Assembly (NCBI RefSeq): GCF_963921235.1
Contig: NC_086106.1
Span: 25,110,001 to 25,174,000 of the forward strand
Origin: Mobula hypostoma
Taxonomy: Eukaryota
Reading direction: 5' to 3'
DNA length: 64,000 nt
Below, one piece after another: positions 52,072 to 64,000 of this stretch. The translations under genes were made by a program, and so were the position numbers. Position 1 is the first letter of the stretch. Each line of letters begins with the position of its first letter. The notes under the pieces are model-generated. The model was given only the letters and a program-made list of their open reading frames with translations. It had not been told where the DNA came from and searched no databases.

Positions 52072-54463
52072 TAGAATGTCTGCGAGATGGCTTTTTAGAA
52101 CATCTTGTTGTTGAGCCTACTAGGGGATCGGCTGTACTGGATTTGATTTTGTGTAATGAACCGGAGGTGATTGGAGAGATTGCGGTGAAGGAACCGTTAG
52201 GAGGTAGTGATCATAACATGATTGAGTTCACTGTGAAATTAGAAAAAGAGAAGCCGAAATCTGATGTGTCGGTATTTCAGTGGAGTAAAATAAATTACAG
52301 TGGCATGAGAGAGGAACTGGCCAAAGTTGACTGGAAAGGGACATTGGCGGGAAAGACAGCAGAGCAGCAGTGGCTGGAGTTTATGCGAGAAATAAGGAAT
52401 GTGCAAGACTGGTATATTCCAAAAAAGAAGAAATTTTTCAGTGAAAAAAGGTTGCATCCGTGGTTGACAAGAGAAGTCAAAGCCAAAGTTAAAGCAAAAG
52501 AGAGGGCATACAAGGAAGCAAAAATTAGAGGGAAGAGAGAGGATTGGGAAGTTTATAAAACCTTACAAAAGGAAACCAAGAAGGTCATTAAGAGAGAAAA
52601 GATTAACTATGAAAGGAAGCTAGCAAATAATATTGAAGAGGACACTAAAAGCTTTTTCAAGTATATAAAGAGTAAAATACAGGTGAGGGTAGATATAGGA
52701 CCGATAGAAACTGATGCTGGAGAAATTGTAATGGGAAATGAGGATATGGCAGAGGAACTGAACAAGTATTTTGCATCAGTCTTCACTGAGGAAGACAGCA
52801 GTATACCGGACACTCGAAGGTGGCAGGGAAGAGAAGTGTGCGCAGTCACAATTACGACAGAGAAAGTACTCAGGAAGCTGAATAGGCTAAAGGCAGATAA
52901 ATCTCCTGGACCAGATGGAATGCACCCTCATGTTCTGAAGGAAATAGCTGTGGAGATTGTGGAGGCATTAGCCATGATCTTTCAAAAGTCGACAAATTCT
53001 GGCATGGTTTCGGAGGACTGGAAGATTGCAAATGTCACTCCGCTATTTAAGAAGGGGGAAAGGAAGTAAAAGGAAATTATAGCCCTGTCAGCTTGACATC
53101 CGTGGTTGGGAAGTTGTTGGAGTCGATTGTCAAGGATAAGGTTACAGAGTACCTGGAGGCATATGACAAGATAGGCAGAACTCAGCATGGATTCCTTAAA
53201 GGAAAATCCTGCCTGACAAACCTATTACAATTGTCTGAGGTAATTACCAGTAGGCTATACAAGGGAGATGCAGTGGATGTTGTATATTTGGATTTCAGAA
53301 GGCCTTTGACAAGGTGCCACACATGAGGCTACTTAACAAAATAAGAGCCCATGGAATTACGGGAACGTTACATACGTGGATAGAGCGTTGGCTGATTGGC
53401 AGGAAACAGACAGTGGGAATATAGGGATCCTATTCTGGCTGGCTGCTGGTTACCAGTGGTTTTCCACAGGGATCAGTGTTGCGGCCGCAACACTGGAATA
53501 CATGGCTTTGTGGCTAAGTTTGCTGACTATACGAAGATAGTTGGAGGGGCCGGTAGTGCTGAGGAAATGGAGAGTCTGCAGAGAGACTTGGATAGATTGG
53601 AAAAATGGGCAGAGAAGTGACAAATGAAGTACAATCTTGGAAAGTGTATTGTTATGCACTTTGGCAGAAAAAAAAAATAAACGGGAGACTATTATTTAAA
53701 TGGGGAAATAATTCAAAGTTCTGAGATGTAACGGGAATTGGGAGTCCTCGTTCAGGATACCCTCAAAGTTAACCTCCAGGTTGAGTCAGTAGTGAAGAAG
53801 GCGAATGCAATGTTGGCATTCATTTCTCGAGGAATAGAGTATAGGAGCAGGGATGTGATGTTGAGGCTCTATAAGGCGCTGGTGAGACCTCACTTGGAGT
53901 ACTGTGAGCAGTTTTGGTCTCCTTATTTAAGAAAGGATGTGCTGATGTTGGAGAGGGTACAGAGAAGATTCACTGGAATGATTCCGGGAATGAGAGGGTT
54001 AACATGTGAGGAGCGCGTGTCCGCTCTTGGACTGTATTCCTTGGAGTTTTGAAGAATGAGGGGAGACCTCATAGAAACATTTCGAATGTTAAAAGGCATG
54101 GACCGAGTGGATGTGGCAAAGTTGTTTCCCATGATGGGGGAGTCTAGTACGAGAGGGCATGATTTAAGGATTGAAGGGCGCCCTTTCAGCACAGAAATAC
54201 GAAGAATTTTTTTTTTAGTCTGAGGGTGGTGAATCTATGGAATTTGTTGCCACGGGCAGCAGTGGAGACCAAGTCATTGGGTGTATTTAAGGCAGAGATT
54301 GATAGGTATCTGAGTAGCCAGGGCGTCGAAGGTTATGGTGAGAAGGCAGGGGAGTGGGACTAAATAGGAGAAAATGGATCAGCTCATGATAAAATGGCAA
54401 GTAGACTCGATAGGCCGAATGGCCTACTTCTGCTCCTTTGTCTTATGGTCCATTGGTCTTATG
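52072..54463 (+). mobile_element. CR1 LINE of a different subfamily, 5'-truncated
   Basis: ORFs 52143-54052 and a (TCTTATGG)-type tail. TTATG is present at both junctions. Confidence 0.95.
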
Positions 54464-56350
54464 CTGCAGAGCTCTTGAAGAAATATCTTTCAGGCTGAGG
54501 TGTCCGTTGCACTGTGGTCACTCGCTCTGAATATACAATGGTTTGTAACAGATTGGAACAGATTATCAGGAATATGATGAAGAGCATGAACTATTCTTCG
54601 CACTGCACAGATGCTGTCTGACCTTGCGGATGTTTGTTTCAACTTCACTTTCCTTTCTGATACTGAGGACATGGTATGCTGTTTTTTGCAAGAGGTTTAC
54701 ATTGAAGTCTACAGCGCCACTAACGTTGAACGTGTTGTATTAAACGTCACAATGCAGTGCCCTTGAACGGGATCCTATTTGAAGATGCACAAAGAGTCAA
54801 ACACATAGAATTACTAGAATTCATGATAAAGAATGTCCCTCAGAACATACCGTTTGTCACTTCACAAGAACAGATTCATCCCATTCCCTTCGATTTCTGT
54901 TCATTTTGACATCATATGCACAGTATGAAGATCGGCGTTCATTCAATAAATTATTTTAAATTCAGGTGAGAAAGATTATGCGTCAGAATATGATGGCATG
55001 TGACAGATTGTAACTTAAGGCGAGGTGGAGTGCACTTTGCAAGTACATTTATTCGAGAGCGTCGCAGTTTGAAAACATCATCTGTTTAAATGTTCCTGAT
55101 AGACATACAATCGAGAATTGGCTTCAGTAGAATTGAAATGCATTTATCCACTGTGCCTCTCTTAGTGGGGATTTTCTTTACTTCCGATACAACATTTTAT
55201 GATAATTTAAAGCAAATCGGTTGTATCCTTGCCGATTACGAACGACACACACAACGGCCCAAGGCCAAGTCCTTGCATTCCGGTGTTCCCAAAATGCTAG
55301 ACTTGCTGTTTAATAACTGGGATTTGAGAGTCATTAATCAAAACATGTAACATCCACTGGGATGGTACGACATCATACCCCGGTGAACAGTCGCAAGATA
55401 CAAGATGTCGTTCTGTTTTTATTTGTTTATTTCCGAGTCTCAACCTCAGACAACAGGTGCGTGACAAATTCATTTTAATTCGGCGGGAAATTTGCTACTT
55501 AGTCTCAACATTCTGGGCAAAGAGATATTGTTTTATAACCTGACATTTCTCACTACGTATATCCATCGATCCTTTGTATCGATGAGCTTGATCATCTGGA
55601 GTTTGCAGCCCAGGTTTTACGAGAGAAAAGCCCTTCATTAATTAGGAGAATTGTGTTTGTCTGCAATGAACAGTCCGAATGAGGAAATTACTTAATCTTT
55701 GCTGCCATGTGGTGCAATATTTTTTCTTTGTTCCTGACGATTCCACATGAAACGCAATGCCTCCCTCAGTGCCTATATGCAAACAATCACCACTTCCATC
55801 CGCCTAAGTAATTGTTAATTTATTCAGAGAAACGCTACTTTCACAGGCTGCAGGTGAATACATCAAAATACCGTGCGCCGTGTTGAGTGTTCATTTCTGC
55901 TTTTCTGATTAATTCTGGCGTAACTACATTCCTGCAGAAATCCACAACAGAGAAGAGTAACGACTGTTACTGCATATTTTGCTGCACCAATGTTTCGTTA
56001 CGCTCCCATTTATTCTGCTTGCACCCTCTGCCTCGATGAGCAAGCGCAATTTATGGACAGTCTTCTCCACTAGAATGGCCGGCTGCCACACATTCCTTCC
56101 CCTTTGATTGGCTGTCTTCATGACAGCTCACAAATTATTTGACTTCTCTGTTCTGCACTTCGGCGATTGCCTCGGCAACGTTTAATTTCCTGCACTGCGT
56201 TTGAACGCCTTTTTTCTATTGTGTCTTTGGAGATTTAAACCCTGCGTTGCCTATTGTGATTGGTCGGTTTGACCAAGTTATTTGTACTCATTCTCTGGGA
56301 ATGAGTCTGCACTCTGTAGCCACGAGAGTAGAGGCTCAAACAGAGTATTT

Positions 56351-56869
56351 ATGAAGAAATGTCTCACGCCGGTCCTCCTTATTGTGTTTCTTCTGGGTAA
56401 GATGTTCTTTCACTGTAATATTCCAGACCTCCCTAATTCTCTGTAAACACGTTTTATTTTCCATTTAAGTAACCATGTTGTTCGAAGTAGAGCTTATGAT
56501 CTATTGTTTATCTTACTGTTAGACTGGACCCTTCAAAACTCGGTGGAACAGTGAGTGGATGCAATGACGATCGAAGAAGAAAATAATATTACCCTAAGCT
56601 GCACGTTGCTAACAAGCGATGCATTCCCGAACGTTTTCTGGTATAGGTAGCGCCGCAGAGAACGACCATAGTATTTGATTTGGATCATTACTCGGACAGT
56701 ACACCATAATGCAGATGTAACCGACCGATTACTTCCTTTCTGTGATAACAGTAAAAAAAATATATACCGAACTGTCGATTAAGAACACCATCATCTCCGA
56801 TTCAGCCACGTACGTCTGCGCGATGAGCACACGGCATTGAAAAAAAAATAATTATCTCGAACAAAACCC
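56351..56869 (+). pseudogene. TCR alpha/delta-type V pseudogene with leader and RSS
   Basis: Leader MKKCLTPVLLIVFLL|GT (56351-56396). The exon from 56523 reads NSVEQ*..NITLSC..VFWYR*..ELSIKNTIISDSATYVCAMS. Stops are at 56552, 56648 and 56669, with a +1 frameshift at the A8 run 56753-56760. RSS is CACGGCA - 24 - ACAAAACCC. Confidence 0.88.
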
Positions 56870-57569
56870 CACTTTTACAGTTTCCTCGAGAGCGCGACAG
56901 AGGGCGAAGAAATTAAAGGGATCATAAATGTTAACTGAAGTGTAAATGCTCAGTACAATGTTTCCATATAATGTCATAGCGAGCTTCTATCACAAGTGAC
57001 ATATCCACTTTGCATTTGCAATGGATGTTTGTGTTCTTTGATCAGTGATTCCTATTTGTTACTTAATTTCTCTAAATGTTCAACCTTTCACATGGGAAGC
57101 TGACACAGTTATCAATCCGGATACATGAATCATTTTAAGTTTTCCTTTGACGTAGATAGGGACCAAACGTTGGCATAAGAATTGCACATGTCCAAATCAA
57201 CATTGCAGTTCAAAACTCCGTCGTTTAGTGAGATCACTCACGAACAATTATTTGGCTTTTGATTTCAGTCAAAGATTTATTCGCACTTTGCTGGAATGTT
57301 GTGGTTAATGTCGTTGATTTTTATTACCACACGAGAGGGTTATTAATTTTTACCTGTAAAAAGAACTCGGCGAATCCAAGTACACAGCGGCAGATTGTTT
57401 CCACCAGAAACTGGTGTGTAATTGGATTCGCCGAGATTTTTCTTTCAGAAGTTAGAACTACGGTAATAGCGATTCACAATCCATTGCGTTTACCCACAGT
57501 TCATGTTCGTTCTCGTGTAACTAAGGTAAAGGTCGCAATATATTTGGACTGACCACATCTGTACAGAGC

Positions 57570-57735
57570 GATCTGGGAATACAAATACAAAATTCCCTAA
57601 AAGTGGCGTCACAGATACATAGAGTCGTAAAGAGAGCTTTTGGTACATTGGCCTTTATTAATCAAAGTATTGAGGATAAGAGGTGGAATGTTATGATGAG
57701 GTTGTATAAGGCATTGGTGAGGCTGAATCTGGCAC
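57570..57735 (+). mobile_element. Short CR1 RT fragment
   Basis: VVKRAFGTLAFINQSI..LYKALVRLNL. Confidence 0.8.
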
Positions 57736-59289
57736 AGGTCAAACCTGTACACCTGATGCTCTCATACCTCACCTATGTTGCACCTCGTCTAAGCATTGTT
57801 ATTGAGTTAGTATCTAGTGTGGCTGTATGTGATTGTTCCACGCAATAGAATCGAGGGAGCTGAAAGGGGGCATGCATTTTTTTTTTTGCATTTCTCTTGC
57901 ATCAGAGTATTACTCCGACTGGTGGCAAAGAGAAACCCCATCAAATGCCAATTTCCCTGTATCAATTTATATATCTCTAAACTCGACAAGAATTTCATTT
58001 ACTAAAAAGTTCCAGATTTCCGTTGAAATGGTGCAGTTCTGACTGCCACTATACTTGGATTCAGGGAGTTTGCGGACATGGAGGTACAAGACAGGATCGT
58101 GCCCTCTTGAACTTTTAACTCCACGCTCTCATAAACACAAATACAATGCAAAGCAGATTTGGTTGTTAGCGCCGCTACTTCTTGGAACATTCTTGCTGTA
58201 ATCCAATGCAGAGGTGCAGGGGAACGGATTATACCGTGAACATATGGGTATATAATAATTGGTTAAAATCAGACCGCCCTATTATAATAACTGAATTGCA
58301 GAGGTAGTGGAGTACAAGAGCGGGATAAACAGCAGAATAATATTCTCCCAATTATCTCAATTTTGGGTTGATGGCAGTTTTTCACTACCAGTTCAAAAGT
58401 GGACAGCTTATTCTGACACCACTAGGTAGTGATCAGAATTGGCTAATCTTCTTCAACCCATGATGTTCTCATACTCGGGAATTGCTTTTCCGGTGTCTAC
58501 TGGGTGATCAGGGTAAATCTACTAAATATGTCGTCGCCATGTGCATGCAATTCTTGTTTTGGAGGAGCAGACAATGAAATAATAAATAAATAAATAAATA
58601 AATTGACCCTGAAGGACATTTCACTCATGCGTTCCTACTGGATTCTCAGGCAATTCATGAGTTTTCACTCTCCCTGGATGCTACTCAACAACAACAACAA
58701 CAACAACAGCGACGACGACGGCGCCAATACAATGAATGTGTTTTTTTTTAGGAGATACAGATTACAATTTTAATGCTGAAGACGTAGGGAGAGATTACTC
58801 GATAGTTGTGAAGGAAAACACCAACATAAAATGTTCCACGTTATGTTGTTTCTGTCCACACTATAAAGATAATTAATGCTGATCCAATGTGTTACAAGGA
58901 GTCTGCTCACTTTTTTTTTACGGAATTAGAGACACTGAAGCAGTTCGATAGTTCATAAGCTTTAAAGTGAATAGTGTTAATGGAAAAATAAACAATTGGC
59001 GTGTTAATTAAAAATCACAAATGGGAAACAGGACTACACTGCGGCTGAAAAGGAAATCTAAATATTATAAGAATATCGTTTGTTGTCAGAGTCAGTTGAC
59101 TCGAAAATCCAATTTCTCAGGGAAGGCCGAAACCAAACAGGCAGCGAAGTGTTGCTCTGGTCTGTCCAAGTCTCGGTAAGCACTACGTCGACTAGTATGG
59201 AGTTAAATACTATCACGATTAAATAATAATGTAGAGTAATCCAGTGGCTGTGCCCCTTGATAATCAGTAATACTACTGTTTACGTACTG

Positions 59290-62200
59290 TAGGGGCGGGG
59301 AGGGGGGCAGCTTATCTGGGGGAAGTAACAGTGGCCGTGCCTCCGGCATAGAGTCCGGCCCTGTAGGTCAGAAGGGTAGGGAAAGGAAGAGGAGGGCAGT
59401 AGTAATAGGGGACTCTGTAGGTAGGGGGCCAGATAGGATATTCTGTGGACGCAATCAGGAGACAGGGATGGTAGTTTTCCTCCCTGGCGCCAGGGTCCAT
59501 GATGTTTCTGATAGCGTCCAAGATATCCTGAAGTGAGAGGGTGAGGAGCCAGAGGTCCTGGCACATATAGGTACCAATAACATAGGTAGTAAAAGGGAAG
59601 GTGTTCTGAAAGGAGAATATAGGGAGTTAGGAAGGGAGTTCAGAAGAAGGACCGCAAAGGTAGAAATCTCGGGATTACTGCCTGTGCCACACGACCGTGA
59701 GAGTATAGAAACATAGAAACATAGAAACATAGAAACATAGAAAATAGGTGCAGGAGTAGGCCATTTGGCCCTTCGAGCCTGCACCGCCATTTATTATGAT
59801 CATGGCTGATCATCCAACTCAGAACCCAGCCTTCCCTCCATACCCCCTGACCCCTGTAGCCACAAGGGCCATATCTAACTTCCTTTTAAACATAGCTAAT
59901 GAACTGGCCTCAACAGTTTGCTGTGGCAGAGAATTCCACAGATTCACCACTCTCTGTGTGAAGAAGTTTTTCCTAACCTCGGTCCTAAAAGGCTTCCCCT
60001 CTATCCTCAAACTGTGACCCCTCGTTCTAGACCTCCCCAACATCGGGAACAATCTTCCCGCATCTAGCCTGTCCAATCCCTTTAGGATCTTATACGTTTT
60101 AATCAGATCCCCCCTCAATCTTCTAAATTCCAACGAGTACAAGCCCAGTTCATCCAGTCTTTCTTCATATGAAAGACCTGCCATCCCAGGAATCAATCTG
60201 GTGAACCTTCTTTGTACTCCCTCTATGGCAAAGATGTCTTTCCTCAGATTAGGGGACGAAAACTGCACACAATACTCCAGGTGTGGTCTCACCAAGGCCT
60301 TGTACAACTGCAGTAGTACCTCCCTGCTCCTGTACTCGAATCCTCTCGCTATAAATGCCAGCATACCGTTCGCCTTTTTCACCGCCTGCTGTACCTGCAT
60401 GCCCACTTTCAATGACTGGTGTATAATGACACCCAGGTCTCGTTGCACCTCCCCTTTTCCTAATCGGCCACCATTCAGATAATAATCTGTTTTCCTATTT
60501 TTGCCACCAAAATGGATAACTTCACATTTATCCACATTAAATTGCATCTGCCATGAGTTTGCCCACTCACCCAACCTATCCAAGTCACCCTGCATCCTCT
60601 TAGCATCCTCCTCACTGCTAACACTGCCACCCAGCTTTGTGTCATCCGCGAACTTGGAGATGCTGCATTTAATTCCCTCATCCAAGTCATTAATATATAT
60701 TGTAAACAACTGGGGTCCCAGCGCTGAGCCTTGCGGTACCCCACTAGTCACCGCCTGCCATTCTGAAAAGGTCCCGTTTATTCCCACTCTTTGCTTCCTG
60801 TCTGCTAACCAATTCTCCACCCACACCAATACCTTACCCCCAATACCGTGTGCTTTAAGTTTGCACACTAATCTCCTATGTGGGACCTTGTCAAAAGCCT
60901 TTTGAAAATCCAAATATACCACATCCACTGGTTCTCCCCTATCCACTCTACTAGTTACATCCTCAAAAAATTCTTTGAGATTCGTCAGACATGATTTTCC
61001 TTTCACAAATCCATGCTGACTTTGTCCGATCATTTCACCGCTTTCCAAATGTGCTGTTATCACATCCTTGATAACTGACTCCAGCAGTTTCCCCACCACC
61101 GACGTTAGGCTAACCGGCCTATAATTCCCCGGTTTCTCTCTCCCTCCTTTTTTAAAAAGTGGGGTTACATTAGCCACCCTCCGATCCTCAGGAACTAGTC
61201 CAGAATCTAACGAGTTTTGAAAAATTATCACTAATGCATCCACTATTTCTTGGGCCACTTCCTTAAGCACTCTGGGATGCAGACCATCTGGCCCTGGGGA
61301 TTTATCTGCCTTCAATCCCTTCAATTTACCTAACACCACTTCCCTACTAACATGTATTTCGCTCAGTTCCTCCATCTCACTGGACCCTCTGTCCCTTACT
61401 ATTTCTGGAAGATTATTTATGTCCTCCTTAGTGAAGACAGAACCAAAGTAATTATTCAATTGGTCTGCCATGTCCTTGCTCCCCATAATCAATTCACCTG
61501 TTTCTGTTTGCAGGGGCCTACATTTGTCTTTATCAGTCTTTTCCTTTTTACATATCTATAAAAGCTTTTACAGTCTGTTTTTATGTTCTCTGCCAGTTTT
61601 CTCTCATAATCTTTTTTCCCCTTCCTAATTAAGCCCTTTGTCCTCCTCTGCTGAACTCTGAATTTCTCCCAGTCCTCAGGTGAGCCACTTTCTCTGGCTA
61701 ATTTGTATGCTACTTCTTTGGAATTGATACTATCCCTAATTTCTCTTGTCAGCCACGGGTGCACTACCTTCCTTGATTTATTCTTTTGCCAAACTGGGAT
61801 GAACAATTGTTGTAGTTCATCCATGCAACCTTTAAATGCCTGCCATTGCATATCCACCGTCAATCCTTGAAGTGTCGTTTGCCAGTCTATCTTAGCTAAT
61901 TCATGTCTATACCTTCAAAGTTACCCCTCTTTAAGTTCAGAACCTTTGTTTCTGAATTAACTACGTCACTCTCATGAATGGAATAAGGTGGATGATAAAT
62001 GCATGTCTGAGGGATGGGAGCAAGATGAAGGGATTCAAGTTTCTGTATCATTGGGACCTCTTTTGGCGCAGGTGTGACCTGTATAAAAAGGACGGGTTGC
62101 ACTTGAATCCTTGGGGGACCAAAATCCTGGCGGGGAGATTTGTGAAGACTACTGGGGAGACTTGAAACTAGAATGGTTGGGGGGTGGGAATCAAATTGAG

Positions 62201-64000
62201 CACACTAGGAGACAGGAGGTTAGTTCACAAATAGAGTAAGCTAGTAGGCAGTGTGAGGGAGGATAGGCAGGGGACAGACAACGTGAGCCCTCAGACCGAA
62301 GATGTAGGGGAGAAGGAAGAAAAAGATAACAAAATTGTTTGCACCATTAGGGATAAACAGAGAGTAAGAGGTGGAGAATTTCTTAAATGATTGTATTTTA
62401 ATGCTGGGAGCATTGTTAGAAAGGTGAATGGGCTAGAGCATGGACTGATACCTGGAAATATGATGTTGCAGCTATTAGTGAAACATAGTTGCAGGAGGGG
62501 TGTGATTGGCAACTAAAAATTCCTGGATTTCGTTGCTTCAGGTGTGATAGAATCGGAGGGGTAAGAGGGGGATGTGTTGCATTGCTTGTTAAAGAAAATA
62601 TTACAGCGGTGCTTTGGCAGGATAGATTAGAGGACTCGTCTAGGGAGGCAATTTGGGTGGAATTGAGGAATGGGAAAGGTGTAATACGCTTATAGGGGTG
62701 TATTATAGACCAGCTAATGGGGAGCGAGAATTGGAAGAGCAAATTTATAAGGAAATACAGATATTTGTAGTAAGCACAAGGTGGTAATTGTGGGCGATTT
62801 TAATTTTCCACACATAGACTGGGAAACCCATTCTGTAACAGGGATAGATAGTTTTGAGTTTGTAAAATGTGCGCAAGGTAGATTTTTGTGGCAATACATA
62901 GAGGACCAACTGGAGAAGGGGCAGTGTTGGATTTCCTGTTACGGAATGAGACAGGTCAGGTGACGGAGGTATGTGTTGGGGAGCACTTTGGGTTCAGTGA
63001 TCACAATGCCATTAGTTTCAATAGATTATGGAGAAAGATAGGACTCGACACAGGGTTGAGATTTTTGATTGGAGAAAGGCTAACTTTGAGGAGATGCGAA
63101 TTGATTTAGAAGGAGTGGATTGGGACAATTTGTTTTATGGGAAGGATGTAATAGAGAAATGGAGGAAACTTAAAGGTGAAAATTTGAGGGTACAAAATCT
63201 TTACCTTCCTGTTAGGTTGAAAGGAATGTTTAAAAGTTTGAGGGAACCATGGTTTTCAAGAGATATTGGAAACTTGGTTCAGAAAAAGAGAGAAATCTAC
63301 AATAAATAGCGGCAACTTGGAATAAATGACGTGCTCGAGAAATGTGAAGAATGTATAAATAATCTTAATAAAAAAAATAGAAAAGCTAAAAGAAGATATG
63401 AGGTTGTTGTGGCAAGTAAGGTGAAAATAAATCCGAGGGGATTCTACAGTTATATTAATACCAAAAGGACAGTGATGGATCAAGTTGGTCCCTTGCAGAA
63501 TCAGGGTGGACGGCTATGTGCGGAGCCAAAAGAAATGGGGGCGATTTTGAAAAATTTATTCTATTCGGTGTTCACGAAGGAGAAAGATATTAAATTGTGT
63601 AATGTACTCGAACAAGTAAGGTAGTTATGGAAACTATGACGATTACAGAAGAGGAAGTACTGGCGGTTTTACGTAATATAAAAGTGGATAAGTCTCCGGG
63701 TCCTGACAGGTTATTGCTTTGGAACTTCAGGGAACTTAGTGTGGAAATAGGGGCTGTGACAGAAATATTTGAAATGTCATTAGAAACGGGGATGGTGCCG
63801 GAGGATTGGTGCATTGCTCATGTTGTTCCATTGTTTAAAAAGGGTTCTAAGAGTAAACCTTGCAATTATCGGCCTGTGAGTTTGACGTCAGTTCTGGGTA
63901 AATTGATCGAAATTATTCTTGGAGATGGTATATATAAATATCTGGATAGACGGGGTCTGATTAGCAACAGTCAACGTGGATTTGTGCGTGGACGGGCATG
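59290..64000 (+). mobile_element. Older CR1 LINE: ORF1 (SGNH/esterase-like), APE endonuclease and start of RT; runs off the window and is split by a nested CR1
   Basis: VIGDS..G and HIGTN motifs at 59400-59580, KKDGLHLN at ~62085, and VIVGDFNFPHIDW at ~62785. Confidence 0.9.
59705..61973 (-). mobile_element. Young CR1 LINE nested in the older CR1 ORF1; 557-aa uninterrupted RT ORF
   Basis: ORF 59819-61492 has intact YLDFQKAFDKV, GVPQGS and FADDTK motifs. One frameshift separates it from ORF 61489-61863. The (ATAGAAAC)n tail is at 59705-59740. Confidence 0.95.

Larger units (their letters stand above)
47185..54732 (+). repeat. Dispersed duplicated block B, paralog of 1-2755, expanded by two CR1 insertions
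   Basis: Colinear pieces: 47185-49620 with 1-2407, 51988-52071 with ~2405-2487, and 54459-54732 with 2483-2755. Confidence 0.9.

Noticed and set aside
54490-54672. Minus-strand heptamer (CACAGTG; CACAATG in the paralog at ~2530) after a Cys codon, plus a hydrophobic leader-like frame
   Set aside because: There is no nonamer at 12 or 23 and no V framework, and the frames differ between the two copies.
57833-58042. Short ORF with C-x10-W and RISF..KK..VQ, faintly V-like
   Set aside because: It is too short between W and the putative end, has no YYC, leader or RSS, and is compatible with chance.
59705-59740. (ATAGAAAC)n and other short direct repeats as CRISPR-like arrays
   Set aside because: These are LINE 3' tails or microsatellites with no spacers, in eukaryotic DNA.

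Overview
Repeat-rich vertebrate genomic DNA, almost certainly from a cartilaginous fish. The repeat content suggests a ray, but that is inference. The window appears to lie in the V region of the T-cell receptor alpha/delta locus. The key feature is a complete, apparently intact NAR-TCR cassette at 38090-40808 (+). It contains a leader exon, an IgNAR-like V with RSS, one D, one J ending in a splice donor, and a leaderless 'supporting' TCR-delta V with its own 23-RSS. All splice phases and 12/23 signals are compatible, and each V carries one extra cysteine. A TCR V pseudogene lies at 56351-56869. Most of the rest is decayed or nested mobile DNA: CR1, Rex1/L2-like, I/Ingi-like and L1/Tx1-like LINEs, Penelope-like elements with hammerhead ribozyme motifs, BEL/Pao and Gypsy LTR pieces, HE1-like SINEs and a possible MULE. 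There are also two tandem duplications, two dispersed duplications and a 189-nt N gap. Mobile-element boundaries are approximate and family names come from motif recognition, not database searches.
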